Positions 47,660-57,283 of a DNA stretch of 64,000 nucleotides are shown in pieces. Both the position numbers and the translations under genes were made by a program. Positions within the stretch are counted from its first letter, which is position 1; every line of letters begins with the position of its first letter. The notes beneath the pieces were generated by a model that ran no database searches, was not told the origin of the DNA, and saw only the letters and a list, made by a program, of their open reading frames with translations. Origin of the DNA: Candidatus Woesearchaeota archaeon (GTDB taxonomy: Archaea; Nanobdellota; Nanobdellia; Woesearchaeales; UBA583); assembly GCA_965205335.1 (NCBI GenBank), contig OZ242164.1, positions 512,001-576,000 on the forward strand, written 5' to 3'.

Positions 47660-48868
47660 TTAAAATAACCCCAATATCCCATACAATAAAGAAGGCCATA
47701 TCGTAAAAACAATTAAAACCAAACTAATCCAAGAAATAACATGATACACATTCAGAGCAGTTTTCTCTTTAAACTTCTTTTCAAGAAGAGTCTTGGCTAT
47801 CTGTCCCCCATCTGTAATCCATATAGGAAGCAGATTCATCAATCCAATTGCAATATTCAAAAACCAAATCCAAAAAATAGCTCTCTCAAAACCAATAGGA
47901 AAACTTCCTAAAAACCCATATCCTTCCTTTGGTTCTGTATCTACACCAACGCCAGTTATCCCTATCATACCCTTTCCTTCTACACTTGGATTCTCAAACG
48001 TTACAATACTATAATTAGTTACAAGACCTCCTTCAAGCAAAGTCAAATCAATAGTCTCATTAACTGAAAGATTACTTATCTTCTCCAAAATAACCCCTAC
48101 ATCTTCCTCACCATTTAAAGAAATAATTTCTCCTGACATCACCCCATACCCATACAGAGAACTCTCATTCATTGTATTTTGAAACGTAATACTACTAGCA
48201 TCCATTGTATTATCAACTAAAGGCACAGCCGCAAAAACCCATACAAGAAAAAACAAAAATCCGAAAATAAAATTAGAAGTAGAACCTGCCCCAAGAACTG
48301 CAATCTTCTGCCACTTCGGTTTCTTATCCATCTGTCTCTCATCGGGCTCAACAAATGCTGCGGGAACAATAGGAGCAAGAATTCCCAAAAAAGCAAATCC
48401 ACTTGACTTAACCTTTATATTAAACCTCTCAGCAATCACCCCATGAGCAAATTCATGAACAATCGCAAGTACAAATATCGCTATAATCCAATACCAGAAA
48501 GGAACAAAAAAGATTGGAACTGCATTATCAAGCCCCTTCTCTGTCTGAATAGGAAGAACCAAACCTCCTCCTGCACTCATCTCATTCTCAACAATAAACA
48601 ACAACTGCCAGAACATGAAAACAAACATAAACACCACACCAACAACTCCAACAAATATTGCCAAATATGCAAGATAAAGAAATATCTTTGGATGCTTCTT
48701 TGACCACTTATCCATCCTATTAAGCCCTAACTTAGTTCTATATATCATCATATAAAAAATAGGAAAAGCCCCAGATATACTGAGATTCTTCCTTTTAACA
48801 AACAGAAAAAGAGTCAACAACATAACAAAAATTACAAACACAATATTATTTGAAATAAATTCAATCAT
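47660..48868 (-). CDS. site-2 protease (M50) intramembrane metalloprotease
   Basis: HEFAH, AFVEPD, AGSTSN, NLLPIWITDGG. Confidence 0.93.
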   Translation of the reverse strand: MIEFISNNIVFVIFVMLLTLFLFVKRKNLSISGAFPIFYMMIYRTKLGLNRMDKWSKKHPKIFLYLAYLAIFVGVVGVVFMFVFMFWQLLFIVENEMSAGGGLVLPIQTEKGLDNAVPIFFVPFWYWIIAIFVLAIVHEFAHGVIAERFNIKVKSSGFAFLGILAPIVPAAFVEPDERQMDKKPKWQKIAVLGAGSTSNFIFGFLFFLVWVFAAVPLVDNTMDASSITFQNTMNESSLYGYGVMSGEIISLNGEEDVGVILEKISNLSVNETIDLTLLEGGLVTNYSIVTFENPSVEGKGMIGITGVGVDTEPKEGYGFLGSFPIGFERAIFWIWFLNIAIGLMNLLPIWITDGGQIAKTLLEKKFKEKTALNVYHVISWISLVLIVFTIWPSLLYGILGLF

Positions 48869-48961
48869 AAATAATATCACTTGCACTTGTTTAAAAATAT
48901 TTACATTTATGACAACACCAATAAAACTAAAATTTATAAATTTCAAAAATAGAGAAACTAT

Positions 48962-49633
48962 ATGGAGTTTAAAACATACATAAAAAAATATTCAGACAGA
49001 ATCCAAAGAATTGAGAAATTATTTCATCTAAAAGAGTTGAAAGTAAGTTACGATGTACTATCATCTAAAATAAGAAAAACCGAAAGAGAACTACTATACT
49101 TTGAATACTATGGAGTTGATGAAAGTGGAATATTCATATTCGGATTTGACTTTTTCATCAAAGAATTTGATGAACAAAACTTTAAAAAATACTTAGGAAT
49201 GAACCCTTTAAATATCAAAATCTATCACGCTTATAGCCACCTTGCAAAAAAACAAAAAAAAGTAAAAATATCCCAAATCCTGAACTTTATTCAAGACAAA
49301 AAAAAAGATTCTCTTGACATTCACAAATTCCTAAGAAGAATTCTAACTCTGGCATATTACTTCAAATGGGAATTAGAACAAGACAAAAAAGACTTAGAAG
49401 GAGACTACTTTCTGAAAATGCCTGACAAATTTTTAGTTAAAGTAAAACAAAGATTTAATTTTGATAAGATTACTTCAGTTTACGAAGATGAAAATATTTT
49501 CATATTTCTAAACACAAGAGGAAAACTTAACTTAGTTTTCAAAGAAATTGACCAATTCACTAAAAAAGATATTGAAAAACACGTTATTCCTGCTTTGAAG
49601 AATACATTTGGAATTAAAAAAATTACAACTTAG
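48962..49633 (+). CDS. hypothetical protein
   Basis: 223-aa ORF heading an apparent operon. Confidence 0.65.
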   Translation: MEFKTYIKKYSDRIQRIEKLFHLKELKVSYDVLSSKIRKTERELLYFEYYGVDESGIFIFGFDFFIKEFDEQNFKKYLGMNPLNIKIYHAYSHLAKKQKKVKISQILNFIQDKKKDSLDIHKFLRRILTLAYYFKWELEQDKKDLEGDYFLKMPDKFLVKVKQRFNFDKITSVYEDENIFIFLNTRGKLNLVFKEIDQFTKKDIEKHVIPALKNTFGIKKITT

Positions 49634-49638
49634 AGGTT

Positions 49639-50382
49639 TTGCAGAAATTGTTTATATTAGAAAAATCAAAAATTGAATTTCCTAAAAAGACCACAATAAA
49701 AAATAAGGTCTTTTACATAGAAGTTATATTCTCAGAAAAGAAAACATCCTCCGTTAGAATAAAAGATGACAAACTAATTTTCAGACTATCTTCTTACCTA
49801 TCAAGAAAACAAGCCCAAATCCACTTCACAGAACTACTTGAAAAAATCACTCGCAGAATTTTAAAAGATGACACCAAAAACTTCATGCCTAACAAAAGTT
49901 TTCAGGAAATCTTTGAAAAAGGAGAATTCATATTTTCAAATGAAAAATACACATTTGAACTCACAAACAAAATTAGAGGAATTAAACTAAAAGAAAATAC
50001 ATTCTATGTGCACACTGCTTCTAATTTAGAAAACATAGAAAAAAAAGTAATTAAATTCCTAATTGAAAAATACAAACAAAAACTATATAACTATATTAAA
50101 ACATATAACTCAAATACATTTAACTATAAGATAAACGGCTTTGATTTAAAATTACTTAATTCCAAATGGGGGCACTGCACTCATAATAACAAAATTATGC
50201 TTAATCTTAAACTCCTAAACGCAAAACCAGACATTCTAAACTATATCATATGCCACGAATTAGCACATATCAAAACTAAAAACCACTCCCAAAAATTCTG
50301 GGACGAAGTATCTAAATTCTGTCCTAACTATAAAATATTAAGAAAAGAACTAAAAGCAAATCCTTGTGAGGTATTTAATTAA
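49639..50382 (+). CDS. YgjP/DUF45 (M48-like) metal-dependent hydrolase
   Basis: SKWGHC, I.LN..L, YIICHELAH, NHSQKFW..V...P. Confidence 0.88.
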   Translation: MQKLFILEKSKIEFPKKTTIKNKVFYIEVIFSEKKTSSVRIKDDKLIFRLSSYLSRKQAQIHFTELLEKITRRILKDDTKNFMPNKSFQEIFEKGEFIFSNEKYTFELTNKIRGIKLKENTFYVHTASNLENIEKKVIKFLIEKYKQKLYNYIKTYNSNTFNYKINGFDLKLLNSKWGHCTHNNKIMLNLKLLNAKPDILNYIICHELAHIKTKNHSQKFWDEVSKFCPNYKILRKELKANPCEVFN

Positions 50383-50383
50383 T

Positions 50384-51304
50384 ATGAAAAGAAAATTTAA
50401 TCCGAGATGGAGTAGAGAACTCAACCTAAGAGAAAATGAATATGAAATTCAATCAGATTTTAAACTCATCTTATCCCTACTAAAAGAACTCCTCTTTTAC
50501 ATCATAATGCTTATTCCAAATCTTGCTGCAATGCTACTTTATTTAATTATAGGAAGAACCGATAAGGCCGGTGAATTTTTTTCAAAAATATTTCTTGAAC
50601 CATTTAAAATATTTGCAAAAATAACCCAATGGTTTTTTCAGGCAAAATACACAGGATTTCTAATTATCTTCTTATTTGCCATCTTTATAATCCAAATTCT
50701 ATTTATTAACCAGAGCGAAACTCTTCTACAATCTCTAATGTCCCATCCTAATAACCTTGCAAATGGAAACTACTGGGGTGTTTTCACATCTTTATTTTTG
50801 CATGCTAACATTTCTCATCTGCTATCAAACCTATTAGCCCTCTTAGTATTTGGAAGAATTGTCGAAAAGCACTTTGGATTCAATGTCATTACAGCCTTTA
50901 TCTCAAGTGGAATAATTGCAAACATTGTTTCTAATTACATATGGCTATACCTAGGAGATATTGCATACAGCCTTGGAGCAAGTTCAGGTGTTGCAGGACT
51001 TATAATCCTTGCAATCCTTCTTGAACCATTTGCTATCACAAGCGTCTTTATCGTCCCACTCCCAATATTTTTAGTGGGATGGTTTCTAATTGCTCTTGAT
51101 TTGATTGGACTATCAAACCCATCCCAGACAAACCACTTGGCTCACCTAAGCGGTTATAGCACACTATTAATACTATTTTTCTTTTTAGAATTTAGAAATA
51201 GAAAAAAAATAAAATATGGACTGCTTATTAACTTAGGATTTCTTTTACTTGGATACTTAGTAATAAATCTCATAGGTATCAATTTCTTTAAAAAAATAAT
51301 ATGA
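50384..51304 (+). CDS. rhomboid-family intramembrane serine protease
   Basis: TSLFLHANISHLLSN, GASSG, AHLSG. Confidence 0.92.
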   Translation: MKRKFNPRWSRELNLRENEYEIQSDFKLILSLLKELLFYIIMLIPNLAAMLLYLIIGRTDKAGEFFSKIFLEPFKIFAKITQWFFQAKYTGFLIIFLFAIFIIQILFINQSETLLQSLMSHPNNLANGNYWGVFTSLFLHANISHLLSNLLALLVFGRIVEKHFGFNVITAFISSGIIANIVSNYIWLYLGDIAYSLGASSGVAGLIILAILLEPFAITSVFIVPLPIFLVGWFLIALDLIGLSNPSQTNHLAHLSGYSTLLILFFFLEFRNRKKIKYGLLINLGFLLLGYLVINLIGINFFKKII

Positions 51305-51327
51305 TAAAACTCAAATAATTTAAGAAA

Positions 51328-51843
51328 TCAAACTAAAGAATTGGACTTGCCAATGACTTCCTCATATTCTCTTATATTCCTCTTAAGAGCCTCAATCTTT
51401 CCTTCTTTATTTTCTTCATTCATTAAAGAAGAGCAAACAGGACATGAAAAATTTGATTCAAGGGCACTCTCAAACGACAGCCTCTTGCAAAAGTTTGGAC
51501 AAATGTAAAATATTGAAGTCTCCTCATTCTCTAATCTCTCTTTGAACTGTCCTAACTTTATTTTCTTCTCATTTCTATAAACAGTCTCAAAGTTCTGAGG
51601 TAAAACCCTCCAGTAATAAAGATACCAACCTTTTTCTTTATCCTTTCTTCTATCATAATCAATTAAGTTCCTTGATTTTAACTCATAAAGAATACTTCTA
51701 ATCTGTCCAACTGTTAATCCAATCTTCTCATTAATGTCAAATTCTGAATATCCGGGGTTCTTATACAAGCATTCCACAACCCGCGCCGCATCTTCTCCAA
51801 TTAATTCATATGTAATATCAAATAATCTGTTAGTGTCTACCAC
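51328..51843 (-). CDS. tfe: transcription initiation factor E alpha
   Basis: Winged helix (IRSILYEL, KDKEKGWYLYYW) plus Zn ribbon (FYICPN...F.CPVC); GTG at 51843 is the likely start. Confidence 0.9.
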   Translation of the reverse strand: MVDTNRLFDITYELIGEDAARVVECLYKNPGYSEFDINEKIGLTVGQIRSILYELKSRNLIDYDRRKDKEKGWYLYYWRVLPQNFETVYRNEKKIKLGQFKERLENEETSIFYICPNFCKRLSFESALESNFSCPVCSSLMNEENKEGKIEALKRNIREYEEVIGKSNSLV

Positions 51844-51987
51844 GATTCTTAACTTATGGTTTTTTGGATTTATAAATATATCTATTTTAACAACATAATA
51901 GATATATATTAACATTTATTTAAAGTTGTGTTTAATAAGAGAGGACAAATATTTATAAATGATTCCAAGAAGCAAATAATGTAATAC

Positions 51988-52587
51988 ATGGCTTATAACA
52001 CTAACAAAAAGGGAGCACAAGGGATTGGAACACTTATTATTTTCATTACCTTAATTCTTGTGGCAGCAGCAGTAGCAGGTGTGTTAATACAAACTGCAAG
52101 TAGTCTTCAATCCAAATCTTTAGGTGTTGGAAGACAATCATTAGAGAAAGTAACAACCAATATTATAGTAATCCAAGTATACGCCAAAGACACAAGTGAT
52201 AGATATATTACAAACGACAAAGATAATCTCACAGTACTAATAAAACTTGAGGCAGGAAATGAACCGATTAAGTTTGAAGATTTGTTTATAAAAATTGAAA
52301 GTAATTATGGTGCAGCCTCTTACTCATACAATAGAGGAGGTGAAATTTTCGATTCTGATACATATAGTGCCAGACATATAAGTATAGACCCCAAAGCCTC
52401 CCAATACCTAAGTGATGGCAAAATTGCAGAAATAAAATTCACTTACAGTAGTGATTCTGCAAGCGCAGACATCGGAGAAGACGAAGCATTAACCCTATTA
52501 ATTGTGCATAAGAATGGAACTGTAAGACTTACTCAGATGACTACTCCCTCAGTAATGTTAAAAAAAATTACACACCTTTACCCATAA
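51988..52587 (+). CDS. arlB: archaellin (archaeal flagellin family)
   Basis: Class III signal KKGAQGIGTLIIFITLILVAAAVAGVLIQTASSLQ. Confidence 0.85.
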   Translation: MAYNTNKKGAQGIGTLIIFITLILVAAAVAGVLIQTASSLQSKSLGVGRQSLEKVTTNIIVIQVYAKDTSDRYITNDKDNLTVLIKLEAGNEPIKFEDLFIKIESNYGAASYSYNRGGEIFDSDTYSARHISIDPKASQYLSDGKIAEIKFTYSSDSASADIGEDEALTLLIVHKNGTVRLTQMTTPSVMLKKITHLYP

Positions 52588-52801
52588 AATAAAATCCCTT
52601 TATCTTTTTTGATTCCTTCATTATTAATTCCCTTATTCCTTCTTTATCTCTTTATTAGTGTTACTATCTGCTAACAACAAATATTTAAAATACATTTTTA
52701 CAAATAGATAATATGAAATATACTAAAAATACTATATCTAAGGATAATCTACCATACTTTTTAAGATATAGTCTGAATTCAAGAGGAGGTGGAATTTTAA
52801 G

Positions 52802-55800
52802 ATGTCATACATCAAAAGAATGAAACTAAAAGGGTTCAAATCATTTGCCAATCCAATAGTTTTAACATTTGAAAAGGGTTTCAACACAGTTATTGGTGCC
52901 AATGGTTCTGGAAAATCAAATGTATTTGATGCTCTGTGCTTCGTTCTAGGAAGAATGAGTTCAAAAGAACTTAGAACTGAAAAACTAGGGAATCTGGTTT
53001 TCAACGGCGGAAAGAACTTAAAACCATCAAAAGAAGCTCATGTTAGCGTTTATTTATCAAACGACAAAAGAGAACTGCTTGACAGCGATTTAAACGAGGT
53101 TAAAGTCACAAGAATAGTAACAAAAGAAGGAAAATCAAAATATCTCCTAAACAACGAAAAAGTTACAAGAACAGAGATTGTTGAAGTTTTAAACAGAGCA
53201 AGAATTGACCCTGATGGTTATAACATCATTCTTCAAGGAGACATCACAAGAATAGTTAACATGACTCCAAACGAGAGAAGAGAACTAATAGAAGAAATCT
53301 CAAACGTATGGGGTTATGAAGAAAAAAAACAAAAAGCAATTAAAAAATTAGACAAAGTTGAACTTGATTTAAAAGAAGCTGATCTTCTAATGGAAGAAAA
53401 AGCAAAATACATTAAAGAACTTAAATCAGAAAAAGAACAGGCGGAAAAATACAAAGTTGCAAAAGAAGATTTAAGATACAATAGGTTGCTTCTAATAAAA
53501 TCTAAAATTATCAGAAATACCTTCCTTAAAAAAAACAAAGAAAAAGAACTTGAAAAAAAAGAAGAGGAATTCACAAAATACAAGAACAAACTTGATGAAT
53601 TTGAGAAAATCTCAAAAGATATTGGCTCAAAAATTGAAAAAATCGGAAAAGAGATTGAAATTAAATCACATAACAACTTCATTTCTATTACTAATAAAAT
53701 CACAGAACTTGAATCAAATATAACTTCTCTAAAAGAGAAAAAAGCAGAACATAAAAAGCAAAAAGCAGAACTTGAAGGAAAAAACAAAAACCTTAAAGCA
53801 GACATTGAGAATAACAAAAAAGAAATTAAAAAACTTGAAATTCAGATTTTAGATTTGAACAAGAGAAAAGATATCACAAAAAAAGATTTTAACTCCTGCG
53901 ATGAAAAACTATCCAAACTAAAAAAGAATCTATCTTCTGATGTTTTCGAAAAAATTGAAGACATAGAAAAAGGGATTGAAGAACTAAATTCCAAAAAACA
54001 TGATAAAGGATTAATCAGATATGACAATGCAATCCAAATTGAAAAATTAAATACAAAAATTGAACACTTAGAAGAAGACAGAGCAAAGATTGAAAAATTA
54101 AACGCACAAAACAAAAGTTCAGCAAATGAATTAGAAACTCATAGAAAAGAACTCAAAAAATTAATTGTTCAAATCTCAGACAAAGCAAACAAGTCAAGTG
54201 AAACCTCCGCTAAACTAAACAGTCTTCAAAGGGAATATTCAGAAGTGGTTGAAGAAAACAACCGCCTTAAAATAAAACTTGATTCTTCTCGCGAGGCTAT
54301 TGCATTAAATAAAGCCGTTGATACAATAATAAAACTAAAACCATCAGACTCCTCAATACTTGGAACTGTTGCAGAACTTGCAAGCGTTAGTGAAAAATAC
54401 TCAAAAGCTCTTGAAACTGCGGCAGGCAAATCCTTATTCAATATCGTTGTACGTGACGATAGAACTGCAATTAAACATATCAACTATCTAAAAGAACACA
54501 AAATAGGAAGTGCTACTTTTCTGCCTCTAAACAAAGTTAATGCCAAAGTTCATTTAGATAATCAAGTTCTTGCAAAAAGAGGTGTTATTGATTATGCCCT
54601 TAATCTAATTAAATTCAACAAAGAATACGAAAGCATTTTTAATTTAATATTTGGAGATTTGCTTATTATTGAAAGAATCGAAGATGCAAAATCCATTGGC
54701 ATTGGGGATTATAAAATGGTAAGTCTTGACGGTGATTTCGTTTCAAAATCAGGTGCTATGTCAGGTGGATTTAAATCAAGAAAAAACAGTTTAGGATTAC
54801 TTAAAGACAATAAACTTGAAAAGAAAGCAAAAGATATAGAAAACAGAGCATTAAGCCTTAAATCAGCCATTAATCACTTGCAAGAAGAAAAAGAAAATAC
54901 AGAAAAAGAAATATATGATTTAAGACATCACAAAATTGAAGTTGAAGGTGAGATTGCAAAACTTGAAAAACTTCTCTCAATTGAAGGACGTGACATAAGT
55001 ACTCTAAACTCAGACATTGAAAATATTTTATCTGATAAAATAATTATTGAAAACAGCCTGAAAAAAATAGATAAAGATATTAACCAACTTAACTCTCAAA
55101 TTGAAAAATTAAACTCTAAGAAAAATGAACTCAAAGTACATTCAGGAAGTTCTGGAAATGTTATAAAAGATATTAGCGAATTTGAAGGCCAAAGAGAGAA
55201 ACTTCGCGAGAAACTATCAGAAATAACATCAGAAATTGATACGCGAAATATCCAAATTAAAAATGTTTTAACACCTGATATTACCCAGTCAATGAAAAAT
55301 CTAAGTGAGGGGGAATCTGCACTAACGAATATTTCAAAATTACTCAAAGAATTAGACAACGAAATTAAGAAATCCCAATCTTCTTTAAAGGAAAATCAGG
55401 CAATAGAAAAAGAACTATCAAAGGAACACAAAGGACTTATTTCACAAAGAGATAATCTGCGTGAAGATAAAAAGAAACTTGAATTAAAATACGAAAAAGA
55501 ATTTAACCTGTTTGATAAAATAAAAGAACAATGTTCACAGATAAGGCACACCATCTCAGAATTTAATACCTTAAATGAGACATTAGATGAAGAACTTGAA
55601 ACATCTTATAAAGACGTTAAGATGGAACTTTTATCTGATGATGAGACAACAGGGAAAGGTAAATTAGAAGAATTATTAAATTCCGTTGAAAAGGCTTTAT
55701 CCCAGAATTTATGGGATGTTAAAGAACTTCAAAACAAAGTTAATAACCTAAAATCAAGAATTAGTTCCTTTGGAGCAATTAATATGAAAGCAGTTGAAGT

Positions 55801-56413
55801 TTATGACAAACTAAACGAAGAATTTTCAAAATTGCTTGAGAAAAGAGAAACTCTCAACAATGAAAGAAGAGACATTCTTAATTTTGTAGAGGAGATGGAC
55901 AATAAGAAAAGAGAGAGATTTATGGAAACATTTAATGAACTTAAAACTAATTTCACTCATGTTTTCTCCAAATTATCAACAAAAGGAGAAGTTGAAATTA
56001 TAATTGAAGACGAAAAAAATTTATGGGAGAGCGGGGTTTTAATAAGAGTTAAACTGTCCCAGAAAAATTACTTAGACATTAAAGCTCTGTCAGGAGGGGA
56101 GAAGAGTATTACCGCTGTTGCATTTATTTTTGCAGTTCAGGAATTCAACCCTGCATCCTTCTACATATTTGATGAAATTGATGCCTCTCTTGATATTGTA
56201 AATTGTGAAAAACTTGGAAAACTTGTCCGTGAGAATGCCCACAAGGCTCAGTATATTGTAGTTAGTCACAGCGAACGTTTTATTCAGTCCGCCCAGAGCA
56301 TTTATGGGGTTACAATGGACAACTCAAAAATCAGTTCAATTGTATCACTTGACTTAAAAGGAATGAAAGACTATGTAGACACTAATGCAACCCCTGCCCC
56401 TAATGAAGTTTAA
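52802..56413 (+). CDS. smc: chromosome segregation protein SMC
   Basis: GFKSF, GANGSGKSN, coiled coils, hinge (G.ATFLPL, G.MSGG), LSGGEKS, FDEIDASLD. Confidence 0.97.
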   Translation: MSYIKRMKLKGFKSFANPIVLTFEKGFNTVIGANGSGKSNVFDALCFVLGRMSSKELRTEKLGNLVFNGGKNLKPSKEAHVSVYLSNDKRELLDSDLNEVKVTRIVTKEGKSKYLLNNEKVTRTEIVEVLNRARIDPDGYNIILQGDITRIVNMTPNERRELIEEISNVWGYEEKKQKAIKKLDKVELDLKEADLLMEEKAKYIKELKSEKEQAEKYKVAKEDLRYNRLLLIKSKIIRNTFLKKNKEKELEKKEEEFTKYKNKLDEFEKISKDIGSKIEKIGKEIEIKSHNNFISITNKITELESNITSLKEKKAEHKKQKAELEGKNKNLKADIENNKKEIKKLEIQILDLNKRKDITKKDFNSCDEKLSKLKKNLSSDVFEKIEDIEKGIEELNSKKHDKGLIRYDNAIQIEKLNTKIEHLEEDRAKIEKLNAQNKSSANELETHRKELKKLIVQISDKANKSSETSAKLNSLQREYSEVVEENNRLKIKLDSSREAIALNKAVDTIIKLKPSDSSILGTVAELASVSEKYSKALETAAGKSLFNIVVRDDRTAIKHINYLKEHKIGSATFLPLNKVNAKVHLDNQVLAKRGVIDYALNLIKFNKEYESIFNLIFGDLLIIERIEDAKSIGIGDYKMVSLDGDFVSKSGAMSGGFKSRKNSLGLLKDNKLEKKAKDIENRALSLKSAINHLQEEKENTEKEIYDLRHHKIEVEGEIAKLEKLLSIEGRDISTLNSDIENILSDKIIIENSLKKIDKDINQLNSQIEKLNSKKNELKVHSGSSGNVIKDISEFEGQREKLREKLSEITSEIDTRNIQIKNVLTPDITQSMKNLSEGESALTNISKLLKELDNEIKKSQSSLKENQAIEKELSKEHKGLISQRDNLREDKKKLELKYEKEFNLFDKIKEQCSQIRHTISEFNTLNETLDEELETSYKDVKMELLSDDETTGKGKLEELLNSVEKALSQNLWDVKELQNKVNNLKSRISSFGAINMKAVEVYDKLNEEFSKLLEKRETLNNERRDILNFVEEMDNKKRERFMETFNELKTNFTHVFSKLSTKGEVEIIIEDEKNLWESGVLIRVKLSQKNYLDIKALSGGEKSITAVAFIFAVQEFNPASFYIFDEIDASLDIVNCEKLGKLVRENAHKAQYIVVSHSERFIQSAQSIYGVTMDNSKISSIVSLDLKGMKDYVDTNATPAPNEV

Positions 56414-56439
56414 CTTTTAATAAACAATAAATCTAATTC

Positions 56440-56694
56440 TCAGAGGGTTTCAAGAGTCTTTAGAATATCATCCATCTCATCCTTTGGAATCTTCTTTTTA
56501 GTAAAACTCTTATTCCCAACAGACAACCTATTAATTTTATCATTTAAAATTGCAAGAGCAACCCAAATCTGAGCCTTTGACTTATCCTCTGCTCTAGAAA
56601 TTGCATAATCATATTCCTTAGTCTCCTTCACCAACTCACTTAAATTCTGCTCAATTAAAGAATCCAAATTTTCCCTAAATTCCCTGTCTGTCAT
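56440..56694 (-). CDS. small hypothetical protein
   Basis: 84-aa helical ORF with its own TATA box (near 56716-56723). Confidence 0.65.
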   Translation of the reverse strand: MTDREFRENLDSLIEQNLSELVKETKEYDYAISRAEDKSKAQIWVALAILNDKINRLSVGNKSFTKKKIPKDEMDDILKTLETL

Positions 56695-56811
56695 AAATAC
56701 TTATAGGTTAACTTTACTTATAAACTTTGCTTTTGTCTTTAAATAGTTGCGACAAACAGAAAAATTTATAAATACCTAACATTGGCGATTAACTACCAAG
56801 GAGATATAAAA

Positions 56812-57189
56812 ATGAAAGGAACTAAATGTAAATTAAAAATTCTGGTGGGAATTCTAATTGCTCTCCTTATAATTATTGGATTCATTATATTATACCAATC
56901 CACAAATGAAGATGTAAAAACTCAGCCACCAGTCAATTCAAGCACTGAAATAGTGGATTTTAAACCATTACAAAAAATGGAAAAACCAAAAACTACACAA
57001 ATCGTAACAGATAAATTCACTCAGAAATTAGATACAAAAGGCAATGTTGTTGTGGTAAAAGTAGATGGTAAAATGTACATAGCTCGAAAAGGAACAGTCC
57101 TAACAGATGGGATGATAATAACTGCAAACAAAGAATCATACGAAATAAGAAGACTAAACAATGAAAGAGCATCTGTTTCATCAAATTAA
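56812..57189 (+). CDS. membrane-anchored hypothetical protein
   Basis: N-terminal TM helix; GGAG Shine-Dalgarno-like sequence before ATG 56812. Confidence 0.6.
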   Translation: MKGTKCKLKILVGILIALLIIIGFIILYQSTNEDVKTQPPVNSSTEIVDFKPLQKMEKPKTTQIVTDKFTQKLDTKGNVVVVKVDGKMYIARKGTVLTDGMIITANKESYEIRRLNNERASVSSN

Positions 57190-57283
57190 ACTCTTATTTT
57201 TCCTTCTTTTATGATCTATAAACTTTAACCAAAAACCCTAGCAAACAAAACATAAAGAATTCAGATACTGCTTCAAAGTTAAA

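Noticed and set aside
52738-55359. Antisense ORFs within smc (and similar ones inside aCPSF1, mutS, ftsZ, SNF2 and the repeat genes)
   Set aside because: Shadow frames of strongly biased coding sequence with no recognisable motifs.
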